Below, in pieces: positions 19,229 through 28,529 of a stretch of 64,000 nt of DNA. A program made the translations under genes and the position numbers. The stretch comes from a virus (taxonomy: Duplodnaviria > Caudoviricetes): the IMG/VR virus record IMGVR_UViG_3300043388_000012, positions 18,210-82,209 of that record. One strand, 5' to 3'. Within the stretch, counting starts at the first letter, position 1. Each line of letters opens with the position of its first letter. The notes beneath the pieces are model-generated. The model was given only the letters and a program-made list of their open reading frames with translations. It searched no databases and had not been told where the DNA came from.

Positions 19229-19455
19229 AGATCGGTGGAACCACGTTCAGGCAACGACTCGAAGGCGCGGCGGAACGGCTGGAGCTCTTAGCCGTTCGCT
19301 CGTCTCCGCTGATTGCATCGCTCATCAAGCTCGAAGTCGTCGCAGTACGAGAAGCATCGATCATGCTCGAAGATGAGCCGTGCAACGCATGCAATGGACG
19401 CGGCGAGAACGATAGAGGCGCGTGCACGAACTGCGGCGGAACGGGGGCTCTGTGA
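19225..19455 (+). CDS. Small protein with DnaJ-like CxxCxGxG motifs
   Basis: CNACNGRG...CTNCGGTG. Confidence 0.6.
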   Translation: MKIGGTTFRQRLEGAAERLELLAVRSSPLIASLIKLEVVAVREASIMLEDEPCNACNGRGENDRGACTNCGGTGAL

Positions 19456-19712
19456 CTGACTGCATTCACCTCGAGTTCGTGGTCGAAGCGGAAGTCACGC
19501 GGCTCGTCGACCTTATGACGCGGCTAGAGAAGACAGACGGCGCAGCATCGGCCTTCATGGCTGCGATCAAGATCCGTTGTCGCGAGTGCGGCCTGTACTT
19601 CACGTTCGAAGGACTGCCGCGCGGAGTTTCGTTTTACCATCCGCTTGTCAGCTCGGACCGAACAGAGCTCCGGGCTCCGATCAAGCCAGCTCCGCGAGAG
19701 AGGCTCGACTGA
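19452..19712 (+). CDS. Hypothetical Zn-binding protein
   Basis: CIH...CRECG...F.F.GLP.G. Confidence 0.6.
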   Translation: MTDCIHLEFVVEAEVTRLVDLMTRLEKTDGAASAFMAAIKIRCRECGLYFTFEGLPRGVSFYHPLVSSDRTELRAPIKPAPRERLD

Positions 19713-20047
19713 TGACCAAGGAAGCGCAGCAAACCGACCCGCTCGACATGACGTTGCGCGAGCTTCTGGCGGCACTCGTTGATCGAGCAGGAGCCAGCGC
19801 GAACGATGAAGAATGGATCAACATCCGCGGAGAGGTTTACCCATGGCGGCGCATCATCGCAGCTGCGGAGCGCGGCGAGTGCGAGGTGAGCCGCGTCGGT
19901 CGGCGGTTGATGATGCGGCGTTCGGAGCTGAGCAAGTTCTTGGCTGCAAGGCGCATCGGTCCGAAGAAGGTTGAACCTAAGACCGATGCGCCTACGAGCG
20001 AGCTAGACAGGTCAGTGCAGCGAGCGCTTCGCCGTAACGGGCTCTAG
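19712..20047 (+). CDS. Excisionase-like winged-helix protein
   Basis: SRVGRRLMMRRSELSKFL wing motif; abuts the integrase 3' end. Confidence 0.6.
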   Translation: MTKEAQQTDPLDMTLRELLAALVDRAGASANDEEWINIRGEVYPWRRIIAAAERGECEVSRVGRRLMMRRSELSKFLAARRIGPKKVEPKTDAPTSELDRSVQRALRRNGL

Positions 20048-21351
20048 TGTTTCGAGAGCCGTGAGACGTTCATGGCGGCGAGCTCTGGGATCGCGAGAGA
20101 GATATCGGGGAACGGACCCGGGTTGAGCTGGAGGTCTTCGAGGCTCCGCGCCGCTCGGACGTAGCGATCCATGATCTCCTTCGTGATGTGACCGGTTCGA
20201 TCTGTGATCCATCCATCGCTTTTGCCAGCTCGCTTAGCCCAAGTGACGAAGGTCGCTCGCAGGTCGTGAAAGCGCAACGCTTGGATCTTGTCTGTGTTGC
20301 TGAAGAGTATCCCTCGAGTGACACCAGCGCAGAGCAGATCCTTGCGAAGGGTCTCGGCTTCGAAGCGGCGTCTGCAGTGCAGTGTGGAGATGACCGGCTT
20401 CGAGTCAGAGGGCCAGCCGCAGTATTCTCGCCATCTACGTAAGAGCTCGATGAGCGAACCGATTCCCGGTGACTCCGCGTCGCGTTGCACGAACATCACG
20501 GGATGATCGTTCTTGTTCACGAGACTCAGGATCGTTGAGTGGGTCAGGTCGATCGAGCTCCAGAGAAAGAACTCGATGCGGCTCTCTTCGTCGGCGGTAG
20601 CACGCGATCGGTTGCCGATTGGGATCGAGCCTTTGCGCAGACCCGTGTACGTAGCTAGCGCGTAGTACACGCGGCGTTCGATCGGGATGGCGATGCACAT
20701 CAAGAGAGCAAGGAGCTCGACCGGGTAAAGGTAGCTGTAGAGCTTTGACGGGCCTTTGCTCGGGAGCAGGTCATCGCTGACAGGGTTGTCTTCGCGAAGC
20801 CGACCGGGGCGGATGGCAAGGTCGAAGAGCCGATGCGTGACCATGTACACTTGCCGCTTCGTGCCTTGCTTCGGGTTCTTCTTGTATCGACGCTTGTAGG
20901 CGACCCATGCAGCTGCGAAGGCTCGCTCGACGTCCTGCTCAGTGACCGCGGAGACCGCCATGTCTCCGAGGTATGGGTACACGTGTTGTTCGAGGCGACG
21001 CACGTCATCTTCGGCAGACTTCTTGATCTTGAGTCGTTTCACTTCGCCGTATTTTTGATGCAGCTTGCCCGACGTCCATTCCTCTCCGAATGCTCTGACC
21101 TTCTTTTCAGCTCGGAGCCGTTCGGGCATCTCTGCTGCGGGGTTTCGAAATGCAGTCGAGAACTTTTTCGCCGCAGCTTGAGCGGCATCCTTGTCTGCTT
21201 CCTTGTTCGTGTAGAGAGGTCGACCATCGTCGGCAAGCATCTCTTCGCGGATGCGGCTTCCGCGAACGCTGATCTTCGCAACGTAGCGGCCGCCCTTCGT
21301 AGGCAACCACTCGGCAGAGCCTGTCGCTGGCTTGGTTTCGCTTGGTTTCAT
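20044..21351 (-). CDS. int: Tyrosine recombinase (phage integrase)
   Basis: TYTGLRKG (R), FHDLRATF (HxxR), GHITKEIMDRY (H, Y); next to attP. Confidence 0.95.
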   Translation of the reverse strand: MKPSETKPATGSAEWLPTKGGRYVAKISVRGSRIREEMLADDGRPLYTNKEADKDAAQAAAKKFSTAFRNPAAEMPERLRAEKKVRAFGEEWTSGKLHQKYGEVKRLKIKKSAEDDVRRLEQHVYPYLGDMAVSAVTEQDVERAFAAAWVAYKRRYKKNPKQGTKRQVYMVTHRLFDLAIRPGRLREDNPVSDDLLPSKGPSKLYSYLYPVELLALLMCIAIPIERRVYYALATYTGLRKGSIPIGNRSRATADEESRIEFFLWSSIDLTHSTILSLVNKNDHPVMFVQRDAESPGIGSLIELLRRWREYCGWPSDSKPVISTLHCRRRFEAETLRKDLLCAGVTRGILFSNTDKIQALRFHDLRATFVTWAKRAGKSDGWITDRTGHITKEIMDRYVRAARSLEDLQLNPGPFPDISLAIPELAAMNVSRLSKH

Positions 21352-21372
21352 GCGCTTTGCTGCTTCCCGTGG

Positions 21373-21420
21373 GGAGAATCGTCCAGACAGCTCGGAGAAT
21401 CGTCCATGCAACTGTCCAGA
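21373..21420 (+). repeat. Integrase arm-type sites, left
   Basis: GGAGAATCGTCCA at 21373 and 21394, plus degenerate ACTGTCCAGA at 21411. Confidence 0.75.
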
Positions 21421-21496
21421 CGGGTTTGTTCAGTGGGTTTCTGGAGGCTAGGACCCGTCAAAACCCGCTGAAACGGCTTCTAGCATGCGATCCCTA

Positions 21497-21556
21497 CGGA
21501 CTCAAAATCCGGTATCCCTTGCAGGATGTGCCGGTTCGACCCCGGCCTCGGCTACC
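21497..21556 (+). other. attP core: 3' half of tRNA-Leu(CAA)
   Basis: CGGA-CTCAAAA-TCCG anticodon arm, long variable arm, GCCGG-TTCGACC-CCGGC T arm, CTCGGCT-A-CC end; no D arm or 5' acceptor strand upstream. Confidence 0.9.
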
Positions 21557-21621
21557 GCTTGAAATCGTGGGGCTTTTGACTGAAGCAGCCTGCAAACTAG
21601 AGCCGGATAACGGGGGAGCTC

Positions 21622-21646
21622 TGGACGATTCTATGGACAATACTCC
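21622..21646 (-). repeat. Integrase arm-type sites, right (inverted)
   Basis: TGGACGATTCT and TGGACAATACTCC are reverse complements of the left-arm repeat. Confidence 0.75.
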
Positions 21647-21668
21647 CGATGTTCAGTGAGCTTGGCGG

Positions 21669-22118
21669 ATGCCGACCAAAGCCGCGCGAAGTGCCGCTGT
21701 AGAGTCTGCTCTCCGCCTCCTGACGCTCCGGAAGGCTTCATGGGCGGAGCAGACACTCGCCGCCGAAGTGCTGGCCCTACGAGGCGAGCTAGCGGCTCTG
21801 CTGCGCAAGCAGGACACGGCACGACGGCAAGCAGGAAGGCGGAGCGAGCTGGAGAGAACCGCTCGGCAGACAGAGTTGCGGTTCGCTGAAGAGCAGGCCC
21901 TACGGATCGCGATTGCCCATTGGCGCGGCCACACGCTGAAGGACGTGGCGAACGTGTTCGGCTACTCGCTGTCGACCGTGCAGAAGCGCTTGCGATGGGC
22001 GCGGGCGAACTTCCCTGTGTTGTGCGATCCGGCCTGCGAGCGATGCCGGAAGATGCCGATCAACATCACCCCTTGCAAGGCATGTCTGAGCTCGCTACCG
22101 CTTCGGCGTGCTCGATGA
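21669..22118 (+). CDS. Sigma70 region-4-like HTH protein with C-terminal Zn finger
   Basis: GHTLKDVANVFGYSLSTVQKRLRWAR; CERC...CKAC. Confidence 0.7.
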   Translation: MPTKAARSAAVESALRLLTLRKASWAEQTLAAEVLALRGELAALLRKQDTARRQAGRRSELERTARQTELRFAEEQALRIAIAHWRGHTLKDVANVFGYSLSTVQKRLRWARANFPVLCDPACERCRKMPINITPCKACLSSLPLRRAR

Positions 22119-22654
22119 ACGGAGGATCGATGACAGACCACGATCGGCGAGAGTGCTCGATACCAGGTTGCAAGTACTGCGGCGGTAGTGCCGAGATCTT
22201 CCGAGCGAGCGACGCTTCGCCCGAACACAGGAAGATGCTCGATGCAGCGATGCAATTGCGGCCGCAGTGGCTGGCGAAGGCGCGAGAGCTCGGGATGACA
22301 ACGAGCAAGCACGAGGGGTACATGTGTTACAACTCGTGCGAGACAACCGATCATCACTTCGCCATCATGAGCTACGACGTCATCATCGCTGACGCGCAAG
22401 GCGTCGACTTGGAAGGAGCACCTCCGAGTCTCGAACGCATCCGCGTTACAGCGATGCATGGCCGCGATTCGTCATCTCCTGGCATAGCACGAATGGGAAC
22501 AACTCTCGATTGGCTATACCCGTGCGGCTGTGGTCGATGGGAGATGCCAACCGATGAGCAGACTGACGCGATGAAGCGGAAGGTAGCCAAGATGGGCGCC
22601 GCCGACTTCGCTCGTCAGCAACGTCGTGCGCTCACGAAGAAGCGCCCGAGCTGA
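22115..22654 (+). CDS. Cys-rich hypothetical protein (paralog of 3976..4383)
   Basis: Shared PCGCG.W..PT..Q. Confidence 0.65.
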   Translation: MNGGSMTDHDRRECSIPGCKYCGGSAEIFRASDASPEHRKMLDAAMQLRPQWLAKARELGMTTSKHEGYMCYNSCETTDHHFAIMSYDVIIADAQGVDLEGAPPSLERIRVTAMHGRDSSSPGIARMGTTLDWLYPCGCGRWEMPTDEQTDAMKRKVAKMGAADFARQQRRALTKKRPS

Positions 22655-22884
22655 TGGAAACGTATGTTGCGATCTTCGCCGATGGCGAGTGCTGCGGCTT
22701 CACGAGCAAGCGGAACTTCGACGGTTGGACTCAGGAGATGCGGGACGGCTTTTGCGAAGATACGGATGGCATGATCGAGTTCGAGGGCCCGTCCTATCCG
22801 GGGGAGTTGGCTAGCCTGTGGGAGGTCGAGACTGTGTTTGCAGAAGCCAAGAGACTCGCGTCCGAGGCGGTCAAAGCCCGTTGA
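22654..22884 (+). CDS. Small acidic protein
   Basis: TGATG overlap. Confidence 0.55.
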   Translation: METYVAIFADGECCGFTSKRNFDGWTQEMRDGFCEDTDGMIEFEGPSYPGELASLWEVETVFAEAKRLASEAVKAR

Positions 22885-22916
22885 CGTGAACGCGACCATG
22901 TGCCAACACGGGCGGC

Positions 22917-23426
22917 ATGCGAGTCACCGGCTATGCACTACGCGAAGCGATCAAGCGGCATACGCTGCGGCGCGATACTGCCGCGTCCATGTTCGAGAAC
23001 ACGCTCAAGCGTTTTCCCGACGAACACAAGCCTACTCCGGATGAAGTGATGAACACGTTCGTTACGGCTGACCTTGCGATCGCGGCGCTGCAAACGGCGC
23101 AGATGCGATACAACATAGAGCAGGTCGTGAAGATCGGAGGCCGCTCCATCTCGCTCGCTGAAGCGATCAAGCGAGTCGGCGGAGTTGGGCGATCCGAGAA
23201 GATGTGGCGCAGTGCGGCAGCACCATCCAAGCGCGATGCCTATGGCAGAGATGACGATGAGCGCGATCCTTCTCGCGTTCGTTCGGTAGTTACGCTAACG
23301 CCGCTCGAAGCAGCCGATCGCGCGCTGCTCGCAGGCAAGCAAGCCGCGGAACTGCGGCAGGCGATCGCGGTCGCGAATGCGGCTGCGCTCGATATCGAGA
23401 GCTTGAGTGCGGAGCTGATGGAGTAA
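22917..23426 (+). CDS. Helical hypothetical protein
   Basis: 169-aa coiled-coil-like ORF. Confidence 0.65.
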   Translation: MRVTGYALREAIKRHTLRRDTAASMFENTLKRFPDEHKPTPDEVMNTFVTADLAIAALQTAQMRYNIEQVVKIGGRSISLAEAIKRVGGVGRSEKMWRSAAAPSKRDAYGRDDDERDPSRVRSVVTLTPLEAADRALLAGKQAAELRQAIAVANAAALDIESLSAELME

Positions 23427-23617
23427 TCCTTCGGCATCTGCATGAGAGAAGGGGTAGCGAACGAGACGCAAAACTATTGCCGGCGAGAGCCGGTGGAATT
23501 TCGTTTCTGGGGTTCGGTCTGCACTTCAGCCTCTATCTGCTCGTTGGCTCACAATTGCTCGTTGCCAGGCGGTGAGTGAATGCGCTGTAGATCCTGGTCA
23601 CGAGATCTGCTCGATGC

Positions 23618-23866
23618 TTGTCCGTTCGCTACCCTGTTTTTATGACTCCCGAAGAAGCGCGCGAGCAGTACACAGTGGCTTGGCTCGCCTATCGGCTGCT
23701 CACGACTGAGCGAGACACGATGACCAAGCTTGAGCGCATGATGGACGAAGCCCAACCGTTCATCGCGGCGAGCCCATCAGATCCTGCTTGGAAGGAGTTC
23801 GTGAAGACGCTTCCGGGCTTCCCTATGCGTCAGCGTAAAGATGCCGTACGCAAAACCGACCGATAA
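23618..23866 (+). CDS. Hypothetical protein
   Basis: Operon tiling. Confidence 0.5.
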   Translation: MSVRYPVFMTPEEAREQYTVAWLAYRLLTTERDTMTKLERMMDEAQPFIAASPSDPAWKEFVKTLPGFPMRQRKDAVRKTDR

Positions 23867-24410
23867 GCAGCTCTCCGCGATCGCCGAAGTCGTCACAGAC
23901 AGGCATGTGCACGATCTCGGAGCCGGTGACTGTCACTTGGCCGTGTTGCTTCTGCTCGAATGCAACGCGCGCACTGTGACGGTAGTCGACTACGTGTTGC
24001 CAAGGGATGGTCGCAGGCGAGCTCTCGAGTACATGTTGCCGGGAGATCTCATCTTCGTCGATGCCATGTTCGAGAAGTACGTACTGAGCAAGCCGATCGA
24101 TGTGGCATTCCTCTCTTGGCCTCCGAACAGGTTCGTACCTGGCTTGCTCGATCTGGTCGCTAGCGCACGGACGATCATCTATCTCGGCTCGAACGCCGAT
24201 TGCAGTGCGTGTGGTGGTCTCGATCTCCTGCAGTACTTCTTGAGCCGTGAGCTGCAACGGTTCATCCCGGATAGGCAGAGCTCGTTGCTCGTGTTGGGCG
24301 ATGTACTCGCACAACCGAGAGAGCCAACGGGCGAAGAGCGAGCCGGGATCGATGGCTGGAATGGTGGCCCGGTACTCAGCTTCGAAGCAGCGCACGGGAA
24401 GGATCCGTGA
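23841..24410 (+). CDS. Class I SAM-dependent methyltransferase-like protein
   Basis: VHDLGAG motif I, acidic residue at the end of strand 2 (VVD), DVAFLSWPP. Confidence 0.7.
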   Translation: MPYAKPTDKQLSAIAEVVTDRHVHDLGAGDCHLAVLLLLECNARTVTVVDYVLPRDGRRRALEYMLPGDLIFVDAMFEKYVLSKPIDVAFLSWPPNRFVPGLLDLVASARTIIYLGSNADCSACGGLDLLQYFLSRELQRFIPDRQSSLLVLGDVLAQPREPTGEERAGIDGWNGGPVLSFEAAHGKDP

Positions 24411-24495
24411 CTCTCGGAGAGCCGGTTCTCGTGATCTTCGTGGTGTTGTTTCTTGCGGTGATCTTCGCGGAAGGCAGTGGCCCCGATGACCGCGA

Positions 24496-24828
24496 TCACT
24501 GGGATGAGTGACGCTCGCAGGTCTTCCCGGTGTCATCAAAGCAGGCTCGAAGGCAGTCGGGGCATTCGTCCGACCGTTCGAGCAAGGTCTCGAAGAGTGC
24601 CTTCGGCGTGATGACCTGAATCATGAAGTCGAGCACCGTAGCCGATGGGTCGTGTTCGAGCATGGCTTCGCAGAGCAGCGCGAACTCGGCTAGCTTCCGG
24701 ATCCTTCGTCGCGGTTTCGCGGATCTCTCGCAGTCTGGCTTGAAAGGCGGCGAGCGGTTCTTCGTAGTCGGATGGCATGCCAACTTGTCTAGCAGACAAG
24801 AAACCCGGGGGAGGTGATGGCCGGTCAC
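24496..24828 (-). CDS. Hypothetical protein
   Basis: 110-aa ORF with C-terminal CPDC...CERH; start uncertain. Confidence 0.4.
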   Translation of the reverse strand: MTGHHLPRVSCLLDKLACHPTTKNRSPPFKPDCERSAKPRRRIRKLAEFALLCEAMLEHDPSATVLDFMIQVITPKALFETLLERSDECPDCLRACFDDTGKTCERHSSQ

Positions 24829-24944
24829 CTGTGGCCGCCGTTCGTCGGAAACGTAGAACGGGACTCCACAGCTCTAGCCAATGCAGGGGTATTGTCATCG
24901 GCATGCGCAGTGCTGTTGTATGCGGGCATGCAAAGGGAGGGCAC

Positions 24945-25304
24945 GTGAACAGAACTCGCAGGCAGTGTAAAAAATGCCCGTGGAAGGTCGGATCGAACGC
25001 GTTCGATATCCCGAAAGGCTACGACCGCGAGAAGCACTGCGCGTTGAAGAACACGATCGCGAAGGGCCACTTCGATCCGAACGCGACTGAGCTCCGCCTG
25101 ATGGCATGTCACGAGAGCAATGTCGGTAGAGAGGTTGTCTGTGTCGGCTGGCTGCATAACCAGCTGACTGAAGGAAACAACGTCCTGCTTCGGCTAGGCG
25201 TAGTCCGCGGCAAAATCAGCGCTGACTACAGACTCGATGGCGAGCAGCATCTTTCGTTCGAAGACACGTTGCCGAAAGGGGGAAGCGATGGCTCAACGGT
25301 ATAG
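24945..25304 (+). CDS. DUF6283-like Zn-binding protein
   Basis: CKKCPW...MACHES...CVGWL; GGAGG RBS before GTG. Confidence 0.65.
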   Translation: MNRTRRQCKKCPWKVGSNAFDIPKGYDREKHCALKNTIAKGHFDPNATELRLMACHESNVGREVVCVGWLHNQLTEGNNVLLRLGVVRGKISADYRLDGEQHLSFEDTLPKGGSDGSTV

Positions 25305-26490
25305 GCACAAGTCGGCGTTCTGCATGATCACGTATAGCAACGGGGCAGAGACCGAAGAGATTTGGAACTCTCGCGATGGCGGCGCGCCAAAGGCGATCGA
25401 GTCAGCTGTCACAGGCGAGACGTTGAAGTATGTCGGAACAGGCGAACGCGTCGTTGACCATGTACCCAAAGTTGGAGATCGGATCTTCGTCGATCTGACC
25501 GACGTGAGAAAGCACGCACTCGTTAGGCAGATCTTCGAGCAACGAGAGCTGACTGATGGCGAGCAGTTGCGGCGTAAGTTTCCGACGCGAGAAGCAGCGC
25601 TCGCTAGCTTGTTGGAGTTCTTCGACGAGCATCAGCACAAGATGTCTGACTTGTTAGTTGTGACGTCTGGTTTCATCGAAGAGCTGCAGGCGAGTCGGAA
25701 GCCAGCTGAAGAACGCGACGATATTCGGTATTTCGATCGAAAGATGAAGCCGATCACGCGCGATGAATACAACCGGTTGCGGATGGACGAACGGTATCGG
25801 CTTCTCGCTCGCAACCAACTTGGTCCAAGTACGTTCGTAGCAACGATCTGGTTAGGCTTCGACCCAGACGAGAAGAGCCAGCCGGAGATCTTCGAATCGA
25901 TAGCTTACTATCGCGAAGGCGACAGTGACATGCGAGAGATCGCGAGCCGGAGCTACTACACAGAGAATGAAGCACTCGAAGGCCACTTCGAGTTAGCCGA
26001 CCGAGTGAAAACCACGATCGAGCTAGCCAAAGCATTAGGCGAAGCAGGCATGTCTGAACCGACACCTGTGATCGCTCTCATGCTCGAGAGCTTGGCCAAA
26101 AAAGCAGGTCTCGAGCCTCATCCCGAAGTGATGAACGCGATGGCGGAGATGCTTGAGGAGTTGAAGCCCACAGTTGCAGCTGAAAAAGATCGAGATCGGC
26201 AAGCCTCGATAGCTGAGTTCGAACAAGCGACCGGCAGGAAAGCTTACGAGTTGAGCGGCAAGTGTCCTGTGTGCGGCGACAGAGTTGAGATCGCAACCAT
26301 CGTCGGAGGCGTAGGCTTACCGAGACCAAAAGACTTCGCGATTTGCGCTAACTGCGGATCGGTCAATCGCTACAACGACGAGATGCAGCTTCAAGTTGTC
26401 AGACCAGATGACGAAGCCGAGATCACGGTGGAGATAAGGAATCTTTCGAAAAGGATTCAGGTGCGTGGGCGAGTTCGTCACAAGAACTAA
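25288..26490 (+). CDS. Multidomain hypothetical protein with C-terminal Zn finger
   Basis: 417-aa ORF; C-terminal CPVCG...ICANC. Confidence 0.7.
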   Translation: MAQRYRHKSAFCMITYSNGAETEEIWNSRDGGAPKAIESAVTGETLKYVGTGERVVDHVPKVGDRIFVDLTDVRKHALVRQIFEQRELTDGEQLRRKFPTREAALASLLEFFDEHQHKMSDLLVVTSGFIEELQASRKPAEERDDIRYFDRKMKPITRDEYNRLRMDERYRLLARNQLGPSTFVATIWLGFDPDEKSQPEIFESIAYYREGDSDMREIASRSYYTENEALEGHFELADRVKTTIELAKALGEAGMSEPTPVIALMLESLAKKAGLEPHPEVMNAMAEMLEELKPTVAAEKDRDRQASIAEFEQATGRKAYELSGKCPVCGDRVEIATIVGGVGLPRPKDFAICANCGSVNRYNDEMQLQVVRPDDEAEITVEIRNLSKRIQVRGRVRHKN

Positions 26491-26500
26491 CTAGCTCTGT

Positions 26501-26872
26501 ATGGACCGACGCCAACAAGAACTGTTTCCGAAAGAGCAGCCCGAGAAGTGGTCTCTGTATCAGAACGCGAAGCTGTACGAGCCTCCGAAGCCCCCTCTCG
26601 ATGCGTCCGAGCGCGAGAGGGCTTTGGTTGCTGCGCTAGCGAAGGCGAAGGTGCAACTGCAGGAGCTCCGCGCAAGGCTCGTGCGTGCAGACTGCATCGC
26701 GAAGACATGGATCGAAGTCCCGCATCATCCAGACACTGGTAGCTGGCGCGAAGCTCAAGTCGCGTGCGGTGAGATGATGGTCAAGGTGCTGTGCGCGGAG
26801 AACGATGTCAGCCTGTCGACTGCTTTGGCCGAATGGCGTCAACAGCAAGCGAGGCTAGATGCTGGCAGGTAG
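26501..26872 (+). CDS. Hypothetical protein
   Basis: Operon tiling. Confidence 0.55.
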   Translation: MDRRQQELFPKEQPEKWSLYQNAKLYEPPKPPLDASERERALVAALAKAKVQLQELRARLVRADCIAKTWIEVPHHPDTGSWREAQVACGEMMVKVLCAENDVSLSTALAEWRQQQARLDAGR

Positions 26873-27066
26873 CGCGCTCGCGAGCACGGTAGATCCCACA
26901 CGCACTCTGGCTCGTTGAACTGATTCAGCTTCAACTCGAAGCCGTGCGCGTACTCTCTGCCCGGTAGCTTCAGAGCCGGTCGCTTGCAGTGTACGCACTC
27001 AACGCTGAGTCCCTGCTTGCCGCCGAAGAAGCTACCGACCGGCTTCGCTGTGACGTCGATGCGCAT
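26839..27066 (-). CDS. Small Zn-binding protein
   Basis: CVHC...H...C; lies downstream of motif B copy 3. Confidence 0.45.
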   Translation of the reverse strand: MRIDVTAKPVGSFFGGKQGLSVECVHCKRPALKLPGREYAHGFELKLNQFNEPECVWDLPCSRARYLPASSLACC

Positions 27067-27107
27067 CCCATGATCTTCCGCGTTACGCGAGCGGGCTCGC
27101 AAGATTT

Positions 27108-27125
27108 TGTATCCTCAAGGTTACA
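27108..27125. repeat. Motif B copy 3 (TGTATCCTCAAGGTTACA)
   Basis: One mismatch; flanked by TTT/AAA that extend the palindrome. Confidence 0.9.
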
Positions 27126-27169
27126 AAACTGACTTTCAACCCTAGGGCGCTGGAGCTAGCCCGGATAGG

Positions 27170-27187
27170 TGTTTCACATCCGGGACA
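27170..27187. promoter_or_regulatory. Motif-A operator variant
   Basis: TGTTTCACATCCGGGACA matches the consensus at 15/18 positions. Confidence 0.55.
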
Positions 27188-27515
27188 GAACGGCGAACGT
27201 TACGAGCTGTGTCTCTTTGCGGCCAAAGGGTCGACCAATGGCGGCGAATGGCTACGGCTCGATCACGGGGTCACGATGACCAAATCCTGATTTAGCCGGC
27301 TGAAGATCGGTGTGGCATACAACTTGAGGTGATCTTGCCGATCTTAGTTGGTTTCCACGCTCACAAATGTCATACGGAACATCCTCTCGAAACCTTCGCA
27401 TTCGAGGGACACAAAAACCGGTTGTTTGAACGCCAACGTTCAAGTTGGGGTGGGGCCCGAGTATGTGCAGACTGATGGAGACCCTCCGGCATCGCGTGCA
27501 AGGCTGGTGTCAGCC

Positions 27516-28355
27516 ATGAAGCGCTCGAAAGTTCCTCCGGGTATGTACGGCTCTGAGTCGGAGCTATGCCAGACGTTGATCGATGCCGCGCGAGCAGGCG
27601 GCTATCAAGCGCATCCAGAGTGCGGCGCATGGGACGCCATGATCGTTGATCGAGGAACCGGAGCGCAGATCGGTGTGCACTCGAAGCTCAGGCCAAACGT
27701 CGACGTTCTCTCTCAGGCTTTGGCAGACGAAAGGCTACCTGGCCCTGAGATTCACGCTGTACTTGTACCTGCCGCGTCATCGGCTTTCCTCGAGGTCGCA
27801 AAGGGGCTTCGGATCTACGTGCTGCAAGGCGTGTTCCTCGATTGGCTCGACCTCCCGGAGGTCTTCCGTTACGCGGTTCGTTGGATGCATCCGAACAGGC
27901 ATTGGGTCCCTGAAGTCGAGATGCGCTTCCCCGCTGGCGTACCTGCTCCGCGCAAAATGACTCCGTGGAAGGTCGCAGCCGTGAAACTCTGCTTGATGGC
28001 TCGCGAGAAGGGCTTCGTGACGCGCGATGACATGCGCAAGTTGGAGCTCGATCCCAGATGGTGGCTAGCTCCGAAGTACGGAGCCGTTCTCACGAAGCGC
28101 GTCGTCAATGGAGAGAAGCAACGCGGCGAGTACGTACTTCGTGACCCGTCATCGCGGCTCGTGCCGGACTTCAAGTTTCCCGAGATCACAGGAGCGCTCC
28201 AAGCTCGTGACTTGAAGGGCCCGCGCTTGCGTGTGAAGCAACCGCCGCAGAAGACGCGATCGACGTTGCTACCTCCATCGTCAGAAGCAGCCGAAGACGT
28301 GGCAACCGGGCTCCAGCTCAAGCCTGGCAATGAAAGGCTGGTCGCGTGTGACTAA
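27516..28355 (+). CDS. PD-(D/E)xK-like nuclease-fold protein
   Basis: ESEL...WDAMIV...QIGVHSKL; the expected E of ExK is H. Confidence 0.5.
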   Translation: MKRSKVPPGMYGSESELCQTLIDAARAGGYQAHPECGAWDAMIVDRGTGAQIGVHSKLRPNVDVLSQALADERLPGPEIHAVLVPAASSAFLEVAKGLRIYVLQGVFLDWLDLPEVFRYAVRWMHPNRHWVPEVEMRFPAGVPAPRKMTPWKVAAVKLCLMAREKGFVTRDDMRKLELDPRWWLAPKYGAVLTKRVVNGEKQRGEYVLRDPSSRLVPDFKFPEITGALQARDLKGPRLRVKQPPQKTRSTLLPPSSEAAEDVATGLQLKPGNERLVACD

Positions 28356-28529
28356 CAGAGAGGCAGCAAAGCTGTTAGCCGAGCGGCAAAAGATGTTTGC
28401 GGATCAGACGAAGATGATCTCGCACGTCGCAGATAAGGCGTTCACTGACCGAGTTCTCAAGGCCTATAGTCTAGCGATCGACGCATTGCTCAGGTCAGAA
28501 ACGACGTAGCTCGCAAATAAGTCTGGTGT

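Noticed and set aside
21470-21556. Intact tRNA-Leu gene
   Set aside because: There is no D arm and no 5' acceptor strand complementary to CTCGGCT; only the 3' half is present.
27170-27187. Canonical chromosomal parS (TGTTTCACGTGAAACA)
   Set aside because: Only the left half matches; the full site fits motif A better.
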